NCBI RefSeq assembly: GCF_018350175.1
Contig: NC_058368.1
Location: 45,882,001 to 45,946,000, forward strand
Source of the DNA: Felis catus
Taxonomy: Eukaryota
Reading direction: 5' to 3'
Length of the DNA: 64,000 nucleotides
Shown here: positions 10,561 to 21,135 of the stretch, one piece after another
Layout of the letters: every line of letters begins with the position of its first letter
Position numbering within the stretch: position 1 is the stretch's first letter
The notes under the pieces: generated by a model
Database searches by the model: none
What the model was told of the DNA's origin: nothing
Seen by the model: the letters and a program-made list of their open reading frames with translations, nothing else
Program-made: the position numbers and the translations under genes

Positions 10561-12299
10561 AATTGGCTAGGGGTATTATGAGGTTTATGGTCATTGTCAG
10601 AGAGGCCGCCTACCTCCATGGATCTGTACAAAGGCTGACTAATCAATGAGTGTTGTCCCAAAAATTGATGCAAAATTCACTATTATGAGGTTGATTGTGA
10701 TGATAAAAATAATGATGCACAGACTTATTTAAAGGAGCCCACTCATGTATTTGTGAGGATAAAATAGTGAATTTAAGGTTATTTTGAATGATACAAACTC
10801 AGTAAATATATTCATATTTATAAGTTATATAATAATCATTTTTTTTCTTTTTTGAGTCAGAATTATAGAAAGTAAGAAGAAGTAGAAACTGTTCACTAGC
10901 TCCAGAGAAGGAGATCCCCTCCCCTCTTGAATAGGATTTCTGCCTTTCCTTACAGCCTCACTGCATCCACAAATTAATCTCAGTTTTACAGCATCAAGGT
11001 AGGACAAGATTATACATAATGGTAACTGAAGTCATATAAGAAAGGTGATTTCACAAAATTTTGAAAAAGCAAAGCTTGCCTATTCTTTCCAGGTATCAGT
11101 ATCTCCTTTTGTCTCATAATGAATCTACATTTGCCATGCTCTCTTGGTTCCTTTTCACAAAGAAAATAGCATGATAAATTCATTCTAAAGTAAAACTAAT
11201 CTCATTGAGTGGAATCCTGTAAGGAAAGTCCTAGGGAAAGGAGGTGGGGAGAGGCAGTGACTTACCCAAAGCAATGAATGTCTAATGATAAAATTTCAGG
11301 AGCTGCCCGGGAAATTCCTTAATGTTCTTCAAATCCCTTCATATTCAAAACTTTCTATTTCACTTACTTATAAGGTTATTATTACATTTTGAGCCCCTCT
11401 ATCTGTCTGATTCCTGAGTTGGATTATATTGACTGAGTCTGATGAGTGACTTAAGGCAAAGAAAAAAAACCAATGCAATGTCAGAATGATGTGTCCTATC
11501 TACTTCTCTAATTCTGAGAGGACACAAATAAGCCAAAGTAAGCAAAAACAAATTCATGACTTTTGATTTTGATTTTTGTTCCCAATTAACATTTATCATT
11601 GAATTATTATTAAATATCAATATATCATTTAAATTGCAAGCTAATTTTCAGTCATTTACTTAGTTTAAGAGAAAAGATATGCGGGATAAATAGCAATTAG
11701 TAGGTTTAATATATATTTTTTCCAAGATCCCAAAGATTAATATAATACATAAAAAATAACTTGAAGAAAAAAAAGGAATAACATGCATTTTAACAAATAG
11801 AATCTCTAGGTACAATTAAGCAACTGTCCACTGACTCCATCAAAATAACATAGCATTTATTATTATTTTTTTGTTCTAAAATAAATCTAGTTATTCCCAT
11901 ATTAACTAGTTTTAGTTACTGGAAACCAGCTAAAATGCAATGTATTGTAAATAACTAATATCCGAGATAAAATAGATAAACAAGGAAGGATTTAAGTATA
12001 AAGACATAAATAATTTCCTATTTCTTGAATGAAACTTTTCCTTAACATAGACATAAGTGATATAATCAAAGACATTGAAACCATTGTCAAAATCTCAATG
12101 ATTAGTTTAGTTTAGTATTGTTTGTTGTTGAGACAAAGAGAAATATTTGGATTAAAAATGAAAAGTTGACTGTTAGAATATTTTTAAATACCATACCAAA
12201 TATGATGTTTTAATGCAAACTGTTATTATTAATATTTTTACAAATACAACTGATATGATTTTTTTCTTCATGTTTCAGTGTTACACCTATAATGACTGC

Positions 12300-13000
12300 A
12301 TCTGATATTTCCACTGAATTTCTTAGTTTAGTCTCTCTATTGCCATTAAGTCACTTATCTCTCTAGATCTAATTTACCAGTATATTGAATCTGGAGGACA
12401 AATTTTATCCTGATAGATTACTCTGGAAGTTAGCCAGGTCTTTTATATGGTATGGTTTTCTCTCTACTCTTTTGGTTAAATTATTTTGGAACAACCCATA
12501 TGTTTAGAATCTTGCAACAAAAATGCTTAGATTAGTTAATTTTCTGTTTTTGGAACAAATATACCTTCTTCATTACAACCTTCTCTGTTTTCATGTCATA
12601 ATTAATATTGACGTATAAAGGAATAGGTAAAATAAGGTAGCAGATTTTTGTCATGTTTTATTGTTATCAGGCTTAAAAAATTGATATTTTTTTCAAATAT
12701 AGGCATCTGTCTAAAAGTCACTACATTTACATAATGTAAATGCATGAATAATACCAAATACTTTAATATCCATCACAAAGTATTTCAAATAGCTTCAATT
12801 CTGAAACCTCTCCCCCTTTTTCTTTTCTTTCATTTCCTTAGGTTACAGTTAGCAAACTCCTTTCTTTCATCTTGCTGAAAAATTGGAGGCAACTTGGGTT
12901 TGTTCTCCAAAGGCTGTATAATTTTTCACTGAAGTAAACAAGCCTAATTTTAGAAGCATATATTGTGGTCATTAAAGTGCTCCATATGTAGCTATATTAT
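12300..13000 (-). mobile_element. Possible gag remnant of the gypsy fossil
   Basis: Weak: HMEHFND, EFAN..KKRK, IRIKFVLQI..KLDLER..LMAIE in order, like gypsy gag EPFD / F.AN / LRDRFVCG..LTLEKA..AME; lies at the expected position upstream of the protease. Confidence 0.33.
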
Positions 13001-13849
13001 AAAATATCTAGAGAGAGTGGATTTTGTTTAGTGTCTACAAGTACTTCATTTTATAGATATTTTCCAACCAACACACACAAACATACTTCAACCTTATGGC
13101 TGGTAACAGTATCTTGCCATCTGTGTGTTTGTATTTTAAGCAGAACATGCTATGAAAATGTAGTAAAAATATACAACAGAAAAGAAACCTGAAGCCAGTT
13201 TTAAGTAGACTACTTCTTGGCTTAGAAAATTTAGAGGGCCAAACATCATCTGTGCTTTTCTAAAATAATACACTAAAGAAATACAGATGAATACTTGTTT
13301 TTTAGCGAGCAAACTGAGTAAAAATAGATAACGTGGCTCAAGAGTTTTCTTTTTAAGGAAAGTCCATTTTTTTTTGAAAATTTGGTCACATATATTCCCT
13401 CACATTTTCTTTATCTTAAAATACTATAGTTAGAGCTATTATTTATCTCTATTTAATTTTTTAAAAATGTTGTTGGGTGTATGTAAAGACTGTTTTGTAC
13501 TTTATGATTTTGTTCACTATTTATAAATTTTCTACCACTGTCTTAACTTCAGTTCCAGAGTCGAACATGTTTTTCCGCATCAAAGAATGAGTATGTTTAC
13601 TATGAGTAACTCAGTTGGTGTGGATTATTTTCTATATTTTCTTGAGGATTATTTTGTCAGTGGCTAATATCACATTTCTCAATAGAAATGGAACATTTGG
13701 TAAATTATGTACACATTTTTATATCATGGAGTATGTCTAGGTCATTAGAAGAATCACAAGATTTGAATGCAGTTTCCATTATTTCTACATATTTACTACA
13801 TTTAAAATTCCAGGTTCATATTTTTATGGCATTAAAACTTGATTAAAAT

Positions 13850-13909
13850 TTGTTTTTTTAAGTTTATTTATTTATGTTGAGAGAGAATGTGAACAAGTGG
13901 GGGAGGGGC

Positions 13910-13951
<42 letters not shown>

Positions 13952-14100
13952 CAGAGAGCAAGGGAGGGAAGATAATCCCAAGCAGGCTCCACACTATTAG
14001 TGTAGAGCCCAATGCGGGCCTCCAACTCATAAACCGTGAGACCATGACCTGAGCCAAAAGCAAGAGTTGAGTCTTAACCGACTGAGCCACCAAGGCACTC
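13850..14100 (-). mobile_element. Can-SINE
   Basis: Reverse SINEC with (GA)n. Confidence 0.93.
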
Positions 14101-15363
14101 TTTGAAAAAGTTAATTTTTAAAAATTCCAATTCTATTTACATACTGTGTGTAATTTAAGGTTCCCTAATACTATTCACATCTTACTCTATATTTATTCAT
14201 TAATTTATAAAAATTGCCCCTCATAAGGTTAAAACATAAGTACTGCCCACCCTTCAAATAACAAAAAACAATCTAATGCCTACAACATGACTAGAAGATG
14301 CTAATATTTACAACATATACCAATGACCAACAAAGTGGAATATAATAAAATCCCACTTGCATGTTTCAAATGCAACAAAAAAGTGAACAAGCAAACAACA
14401 GAATCAAAACCAAGTCTAGATGATGGCAGTAACACAAACTGGACATAATTTCCCACCTGAAACAACCAAAAACTCAACAAAATATATAAAACAGTGATTT
14501 GGAATACGCTAATGGACAATGAACCCTGAGAAAAAGGAAACAAACTAATTGAGTCCTATGATTGCGTCAGCTTAGTGCCTTGAAACAATTTCCATGCTAA
14601 GGAGCCCCACCCAAATGGAGCCACTGGACTGTCTAAATTGAGATCTGAGGAGATCAAGGGGGCTAGAGTGTGCAGGCCAGAGAATCAGAGGAGAGCAAGG
14701 CACAAAGATAGGAACTGGATGCAAAGCAATCCTCTGGAGTATTCAAGTGAGTACTTCTCAGTGCATGTGTGTAACCAAACTGCCTAAGGCCAAGGAAATA
14801 ATCAACTGAAAAGATTAGAGGAAACAGTTCACAGCAGTCACTCAAGGCTAAGAATCCTGCCTTTTCTCACCAGGTGAATGGGAAACTTGATTCACAAAGC
14901 ATTCATGGTACTCCAAATCATTTTACCTTAGTAGTGAGAAATACTTAGCCTTAGACTAAACACTGCTCTTGTCCCACCTGACAAATCATAAAAGCAGGAC
15001 AGAAAATGATCAACCTGTGTCCAAGTAACTTAATTATGAGCAAGAACAATGATAAAGAATATTAATGGAAACAGAAAAATATCCAGCACACAAAAATACC
15101 TATCACCTATCAAGATGAATTGGTTGGTTTCCAACCAAACATAACCAAAAACACAATGAAGTAGAAAGACACAATCCACAATGAGGAGACCAATGAGTCC
15201 TAACCAATTCAGAACTAACACAGATAACAGACTTAATGAACAAGGGCATAAAACAGACATTATGAACTGCATATGTCCAAAAGTTAAGATGGAAGATTTA
15301 CAAAGACCTAAATCAAACTTCTGGAGAGGAAGACCAAAACATTTGCATTGAAAAGCACACTAG

Positions 15364-15566
15364 AAAAAAAGTTAGAGAGGGAGGGAGCCAAAACATAAGA
15401 GACTCTTAAAAACTGAGAATGAACTGAGGGTTGATGGGGGGTGGGAGGGAGGGGAAAGTGGGTGATGGGCATTGAGGAGGGCACCTGTTGGGATGAGCAC
15501 TGGGTGTTGTATGGAAGCCAATTTGACAATAAATTTCATATTAAAAAAAAAAAGAAAGAAAGAAAA
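15364..15566 (+). mobile_element. Young 5'-truncated felid L1 3' end
   Basis: cataagagactcttaaaaactgagaa...gggatgagcactgggtgttgtatgg...aataaa plus poly(A); TSD gaaaagcacac(t/c)ag. Confidence 0.92.
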
Positions 15567-15580
15567 GAAAAGCACACCAG

Positions 15581-15780
15581 AGGGTGCCTGGGTGGCTCAA
15601 CCAGTTAAGCCGCTTTGGTTCAGGTCATGATCTCAGGGCTCATGAGTTGGGCTCTGTGCTGACAGCTCAGCACCTGGAGCCTGCTTCAGATTCTGTGTCT
15701 CGCTCTCTCTCTGCCTCTTTCCCACTCATGCTCTGTCTCTCAAAAATAAATAAACATTAAAAAAACAATAATAAAAAGAA
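15581..15780 (+). mobile_element. Can-SINE
   Basis: SINEC head, body and tail immediately after the L1 TSD. Confidence 0.92.
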
Positions 15781-16494
15781 AAGAGAAGTACACTGGATAA
15801 GATTGATGGCAGATTACACAGAGCAAAGTGAATACACAGCAATGGAAAATATCCAAACTAAAACAGAGAAAAAAAGATAACAGAAAGAGAATCAGTGAGT
15901 TGTGAGAGAATTTTAAAAGCAGTCTACTGTGCAAATAATTGGAATACCAAACAGAAGGGAGAGAGAAAACAGAAAAGTATTTTTAAAAATAATATTTAGA
16001 TTTTCCAACTTTCAGAAAAAAATAAACGCACAGATCCAAGAAGCTCCACGAACTCCAAGCACAAGCAACATGACAAAAAAAAAAAAAATCAATGTACACC
16101 ATAATAAAGTTACTTCAAACCACTGAAAAAAGAACACATTAAAAGCAACCAGAGAACAAAATGCATGTTACAGCAAGAGGAACAAGGTGTAGAAGAACAG
16201 CAGATACCGCCTTATACACAACGCAAATGAGATGAGAGTAGAGCGGTGGGCAGCAGTGGAGAGTGCAAACTAAAAACAAAGAAATAAAACCCACTCATAA
16301 ATAACCCACTGGCAAAAGAAGAAATAAATCAAAGAGTACTTTGAACTGAATGAAAATGAAAAAATGTATCAAAATTGTGGGATGAGGCTCCTAAAGTAGT
16401 ACTTCCAGGCAAACTGAGAGCACTAAATATTTACGTGAGAAAAGACAATCAAATTCAACCACCTCAGTTTTCACCTTAAGAAACAGGAAAAAGT

Positions 16495-16715
16495 GGGGCA
16501 CCTGGGGGGCTCAGTCACTTAAGCGTCTGACTTGGGCTCAGGTCGTGATCTCACAGTTCGTGAGCCCGAGCCCCATGTCGGGCTGTGTGCTGACAGCTCA
16601 GAGCCTGGAGCCTGCTTCGGATTCTGTGTCTCCCTCTCTCTCTGCCCCTCCCCTGCTCATGCTCTGTCTCTCTCTGTCTCTTAAAAATACATAAACATTA
16701 AAAAAAATTTTTTAA
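16495..16715 (+). mobile_element. Can-SINE
   Basis: SINEC head, body and tail. Confidence 0.95.
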
Positions 16716-19700
16716 AGCAACAGGAGAAAAAACAAAGTAAATCTAAAACAAGCTGACAAAAGAAAAAATAAAGTGTAGAATGAAAACCCATGACAAAGAA
16801 AACAGAAAATCAGGGAAAAAACATCAATGAAATCAAAGCTGGTTATTGTAGAAGACCAATTAAATTCATAAATCTCTAGTCAGATTGATCTTCAAAATAA
16901 AAGAGAGAAAGCAACAAATTTTCAATATAATAAATAGAGAGGTGGCCCAGGTATTAAAAGCATAGTAAGAAAATATCATCAACAACTCTATGAACTTACA
17001 CAAAAAGGACAAATCCTTGAAACACAAACATGACCAAATGTCATTCAATACGTGACGAATCCCTTAACTATTAAAAAATTTGGTATATAGTTAAAATCCT
17101 TTCCATAAAAAAAAAATCTCCATGATGAGGAAGCTTGACTGGTAAATTCTACAAATTTAAGAAAGAAATATTGCCAATTCTATACAAAACACTGCCCCAC
17201 ACTGCTGGTGGGAATGTAAAATGGTAAAACCACTACAAAAACAATTTGATAGTTTATTAAGAATTACCATAGAATCTGGCCATTCCATTATCAGCCACTC
17301 CATTTCATTTTTTTTTTAATTCGAGAGAGATGAAAACAAATGTTTATACAAAGACTGGTATGCAAATTTTCATAGCAGCTGATCAAAATGCAGTAACCAA
17401 AACTGCAATAACCAAAACAAGCCAAATCTTCACTAACAGATAAGTGAATAAAAAAATTATGTTATATCCCATGGAAAAATATGAGTTGGCCTTAAAATGA
17501 ACTATTGATATATCATCACACACGGATGAATTTCAAAATAGTCACGCAAAATAAGTCAGACAAATGGTAGATACTATTATGATTCCATTTATATAAAATT
17601 CTAGATATGAAAACTGATCTATTTTGACAGACAACCCTTCAGTGAATGTCTGGGAAATGGACTGGGGTAAGGTGGAGATGGGTAGGGAGAGATTACAAAG
17701 GGGCAGTAGAAAATCTGGGAGGATGACGAAGAGGAAAAAATTACATTTACATGAAAGGGGTTTAGAAACATCTTGATGCCTCCATCCTTAAACCATATCG
17801 TTAAGCTCATTTTTAACATTCTATTCATACTTATTTCAAGGAGACTTTATGTAAACATGATTATCTGTTTTTAAGTTTACTAAAGATCAATGGTGGGTGA
17901 AGATATAAAAAAGAGTAACTTGATAGTGACAGATAAAGATGAGTTAAAATGCATGCATGCATGCACCTCTCCTAGTTAGTGCAGCATGACTTAGATGCAT
18001 ACATCAAGTGACCTTAAGTCATAAAAGCAGGCTCTATTCCTGAAAAGTATCTAGTTTGGCATCTATCTACTGGAGGCTCAGCTAATTATTCCATATGAAA
18101 TTTTTCATTTAATACTCAGAGTAAACCTAGAAATAGCAAAAGTTTAATGAAATAAGCTACCTGTTTAAGATCATGTAGTTCTAAATAGCAGACAGAAGAT
18201 TTGAACCCAGTTCATTCCGAATCCGCTCCGTTCCAACACCTTTCAGAATAAATGCAGCATTACTGTCTTGTATTCACCTTCGGTAAATACACAAAACAAA
18301 ATATTTAGAGAATCAATTACTTTTCTTTTAAGAAACATAAAAATAATGACTCAAAACTATGGCTGCGTGTCAGTGTTTCTGAAAATAAAATGAGATCATT
18401 ATTACTGTATAGAGATGGAATAAAGGCGGATGAAAAACAACAGTTCAGCCATAATGATTTCATTAGGACAAATCTGTGGAGAGATGAAAGGGGCAGATCA
18501 CTAACAGATTGCTAGTGAAATGGAGAGTGTGTTGAAGTCGTCGAATGTGATAACACTTACAGAAATGAAAGTTGAAATGCTTTAGAGGAATGGGGGAAAA
18601 AAAAGAAAGCAATATTTTCTGTCTTAGACAGCACATCAGCAAAAGGGAAAAAGCATATTTTGTCAATTCAGCCAAGTCATTGATCTCTTTTGAACGCCGA
18701 GTCTAATGAGGCAAGTAGGGGAAATGCATAAAGGTGTTTTTACATGTGTGCTTTGCTGGATTCAGATTATTGTGCAGAACTAAACTGTGTTTCACAAAAG
18801 ATGGCTTATTTAGAAGGATATGTCTTTTATTACAAAAAAAATAAGGTTTAAATTATCAAAATAATAAAAAAGAAGCTTTTAAAATTGCTAACACTCAGCT
18901 TCTCCTAAAGCCTTAGCTTTATAACTAAACAAACAACAAAACAAAACAAAGACCTCAAACATTTATTTTACTTGGGCTGCTTTCTATAATACCAAATTTC
19001 TATGCATTTTGGGGATTGCTTTCAGTTATTTCACAACAATACCACTTCTGCAAATGTGAGGTCATTTCTTACACTCTACATCAATCATTCTTTAAAAAAA
19101 GCACTAGACTCTGTCACCATTAATTGAATTCAGGTCAATTATTGCAGAAAACCTAAGAGCAACACATACATACACCTTTGAAATACAAACCAGATTTTAG
19201 TTATACCCAAAGATAATTGTTAATATAATATTTAAAAGTGGTACATTTTCACCCTGAATATAATTAGCTCCGTTTCACCATTTTAACTGACATTCCCGGC
19301 ACTTTGCTAGGCATTTAATAAGCACTCAATAAAAAATAATTGGATTTGTAAAATATAGGAAATCTTAAAAATGTGAAAAAGTATGAATAAGAAAACTTGA
19401 ATTATCCATAACACACCATGCTGTCATTTAAACAGAACCTTGTTATCACATTGGTGTGTATTTTTCCAATCTTTCATGTTATATATAGAAATATTTTATA
19501 TTACAAATAGTTTAAAATTTTGCCTCTATTAATCATACAGAATTAGAAATGTTTTTCTCTAACCTTAAATATTCTTTAAAAGCAAGATGGTAATGAATAT
19601 ATGCGTTATAGCCAAATTTCCCTATTAAAACTATAACCTCAATATATGTAGTTGTTTATTTCCCCATGCAATTCTAAATTGTTTTCTTAACATCCTAGAG

Positions 19701-20374
19701 TAAATGGTTTGAATTTCTTTAGAATTCTTCATACATATTTCCAAATTACTCTAGGGAAAAAAAAACATTTTTAGATCAATTCATTCTCTTAGAAAACGTT
19801 CTTTTCCTTCAAATTTTTTGCTCACTAAAAAAAGTTCCCAAATCTCTATGAGTAGTACACACTCTTAAAGCATTACTTCTTTCAAATTTCAATAGCCAAA
19901 ACAAAGAATCTTCCTCTTGAGATCATCAATAACATTTTGAAAAATCCTTAGATTTCTGTTACGATTTTTCTCCTTTTATGCTTTTAGAGAAATTTGACTT
20001 TTTTTTTTTTTAGTAACATCTTTCTAGGAGTTCTTTTTCTCTTTCACGTGTAACGAAAGACTGGAATGTAATTCATCATGATTTCTATCGTTTAGTTACA
20101 TGAACTACCTTGACCTTTAAAAATGTCTTTCTGGGAGCATTATACAGAGTTAGATATTTTGTACGACAGTAACCTAACCAAACTTCTGTGAGTGATTACA
20201 TCATGAAAAATAATTCAAAAATTCTCTCCACTCACTGCTGATTCTATGTTTTGTTTTGTTTTTTGTTTTTGTTTTTTTTTTTTGTAACTACTCTTTAAAA
20301 TAAATTATTTCAGAAGACAAAGCACTAGAGATCATGAAAGGGTGATTTTCCTCCACATACATTTCTTCTATCCA

Positions 20375-20587
20375 AAAAAAATATTTTAATGCTTATTTAT
20401 TTCTGGAGACAGAGAGAGTGAGAGCGGGGGAGGGGCAGAGAGAGAGAGAGAGGCACAGAATCCAAAGCAGGCTGCAGGCTCTGAGCTGTCAGCACAGAGC
20501 CCAACATGAGGCTTGAACCCACGAACCCTTAGATCATGACCTGAGCTGAAGTCAGACACTTAACCCACTGAGCCACCCAGGCGCCCC
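20375..20587 (-). mobile_element. Can-SINE
   Basis: Reverse SINEC; TSD ccacatacatttct. Confidence 0.95.
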
Positions 20588-20671
20588 ACCCCCACATACA
20601 TTTCTGTCATGTGTGGAAAGCTGTTAAGAAGAAAAAAGAAAGAAAATGTATATGCCTGATCCTACTCACTG

Positions 20672-20897
20672 TTTTTAAAAAATAATTATAAAATTTTTGA
20701 TGTTTATTTATATTTGAGAGAGAGAGAGACAGAGCACAAGCAGGGAGGGCAGAGAGAGACGAAGATAGAATCGGAAGCAGGCTCCAGGTTCTGGGCTGTC
20801 AGCACAGAGTCCCACGTGGGGCTCGAACTCACAAGTTGTGAGATCATGACCTAAGCTGAAGTTGGACACTCAACAGACTGAACCATCCAGGCACCCC
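20672..20897 (-). mobile_element. Can-SINE
   Basis: Reverse SINEC. Confidence 0.93.
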
Positions 20898-20944
20898 TTG
20901 ATTGTGATTGCTTTTTTTTTAATTTTAGAGACAGAGATACTTGT

Positions 20945-21135
20945 ATTTTCATTTTTACTTTTTTAATATTAAATTTATTGTCAAATTGGTTTCCATACAA
21001 CCCCCAGTGCTCATCCCAACAGGTGCCCTCCTCAATGCGCATCACCCACCCTCTCCTCCCTCCCACCCCCATCAACCCTCAGATTGTTCTCAGTTTTTAA
21101 GAGTCTCTTATGGTTTGGGTCCCTCCCTCTCTAAC
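20945..21135 (-). mobile_element. Young 5'-truncated felid L1 3' end
   Basis: Reverse complement of the same 3' end as 15364-15566; flanking tgattgcttttt repeats. Confidence 0.9.

Larger units (their letters stand above)
6950..11530 (-). mobile_element. Ancient Ty3/gypsy pol fossil (protease-RT-RNase H-integrase), Mag/K02A2.6-like, fragmented by later insertions
   Basis: Ordered minus-strand motifs: PLRIREVDRT (EVDRT 11492-11506, cf. MEVDTG); FEYEG 11335-11349; HSLL ~11270; LNKSV 10718-10732; FASIFGTTLID*SAFVQI 10621-10674 (cf. FSKLDLSQAYLQI); TINL; GVTS 10317-10328; LLSDSF..NHL ~10005-10049 (YxDD position); MLAHYD 9284-9301; FRPYLCGRKCISMADHKP 8604-8657; YRASLEHGNADIL 8477-8515; GPGTYDAVQNCVQKY ~8063-8107; RRP*KQI ~7970-7990; VSD 7789-7797; NKQAAK 7413-7430. 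Confidence 0.85.
14200..17760 (+). mobile_element. Old, internally deleted L1 (5' region, ORF1/ORF2 remnants, 3'UTR)
   Basis: ORF1-like cagatccaagaagctccacgaactccaagc; ORF2-like tactttgaactgaatgaaaatgaa and catcaatgaaatcaaagctggtta; 3'UTR cactgctggtgggaatgtaaaatgg...gattccatttatataaaattctag. Confidence 0.85.

Noticed and set aside
13095..13130. Possible PBS of the gypsy element (aca-ga-tggcaagat on the minus strand)
   Set aside because: Only the TGGC start matches; too weak to call.
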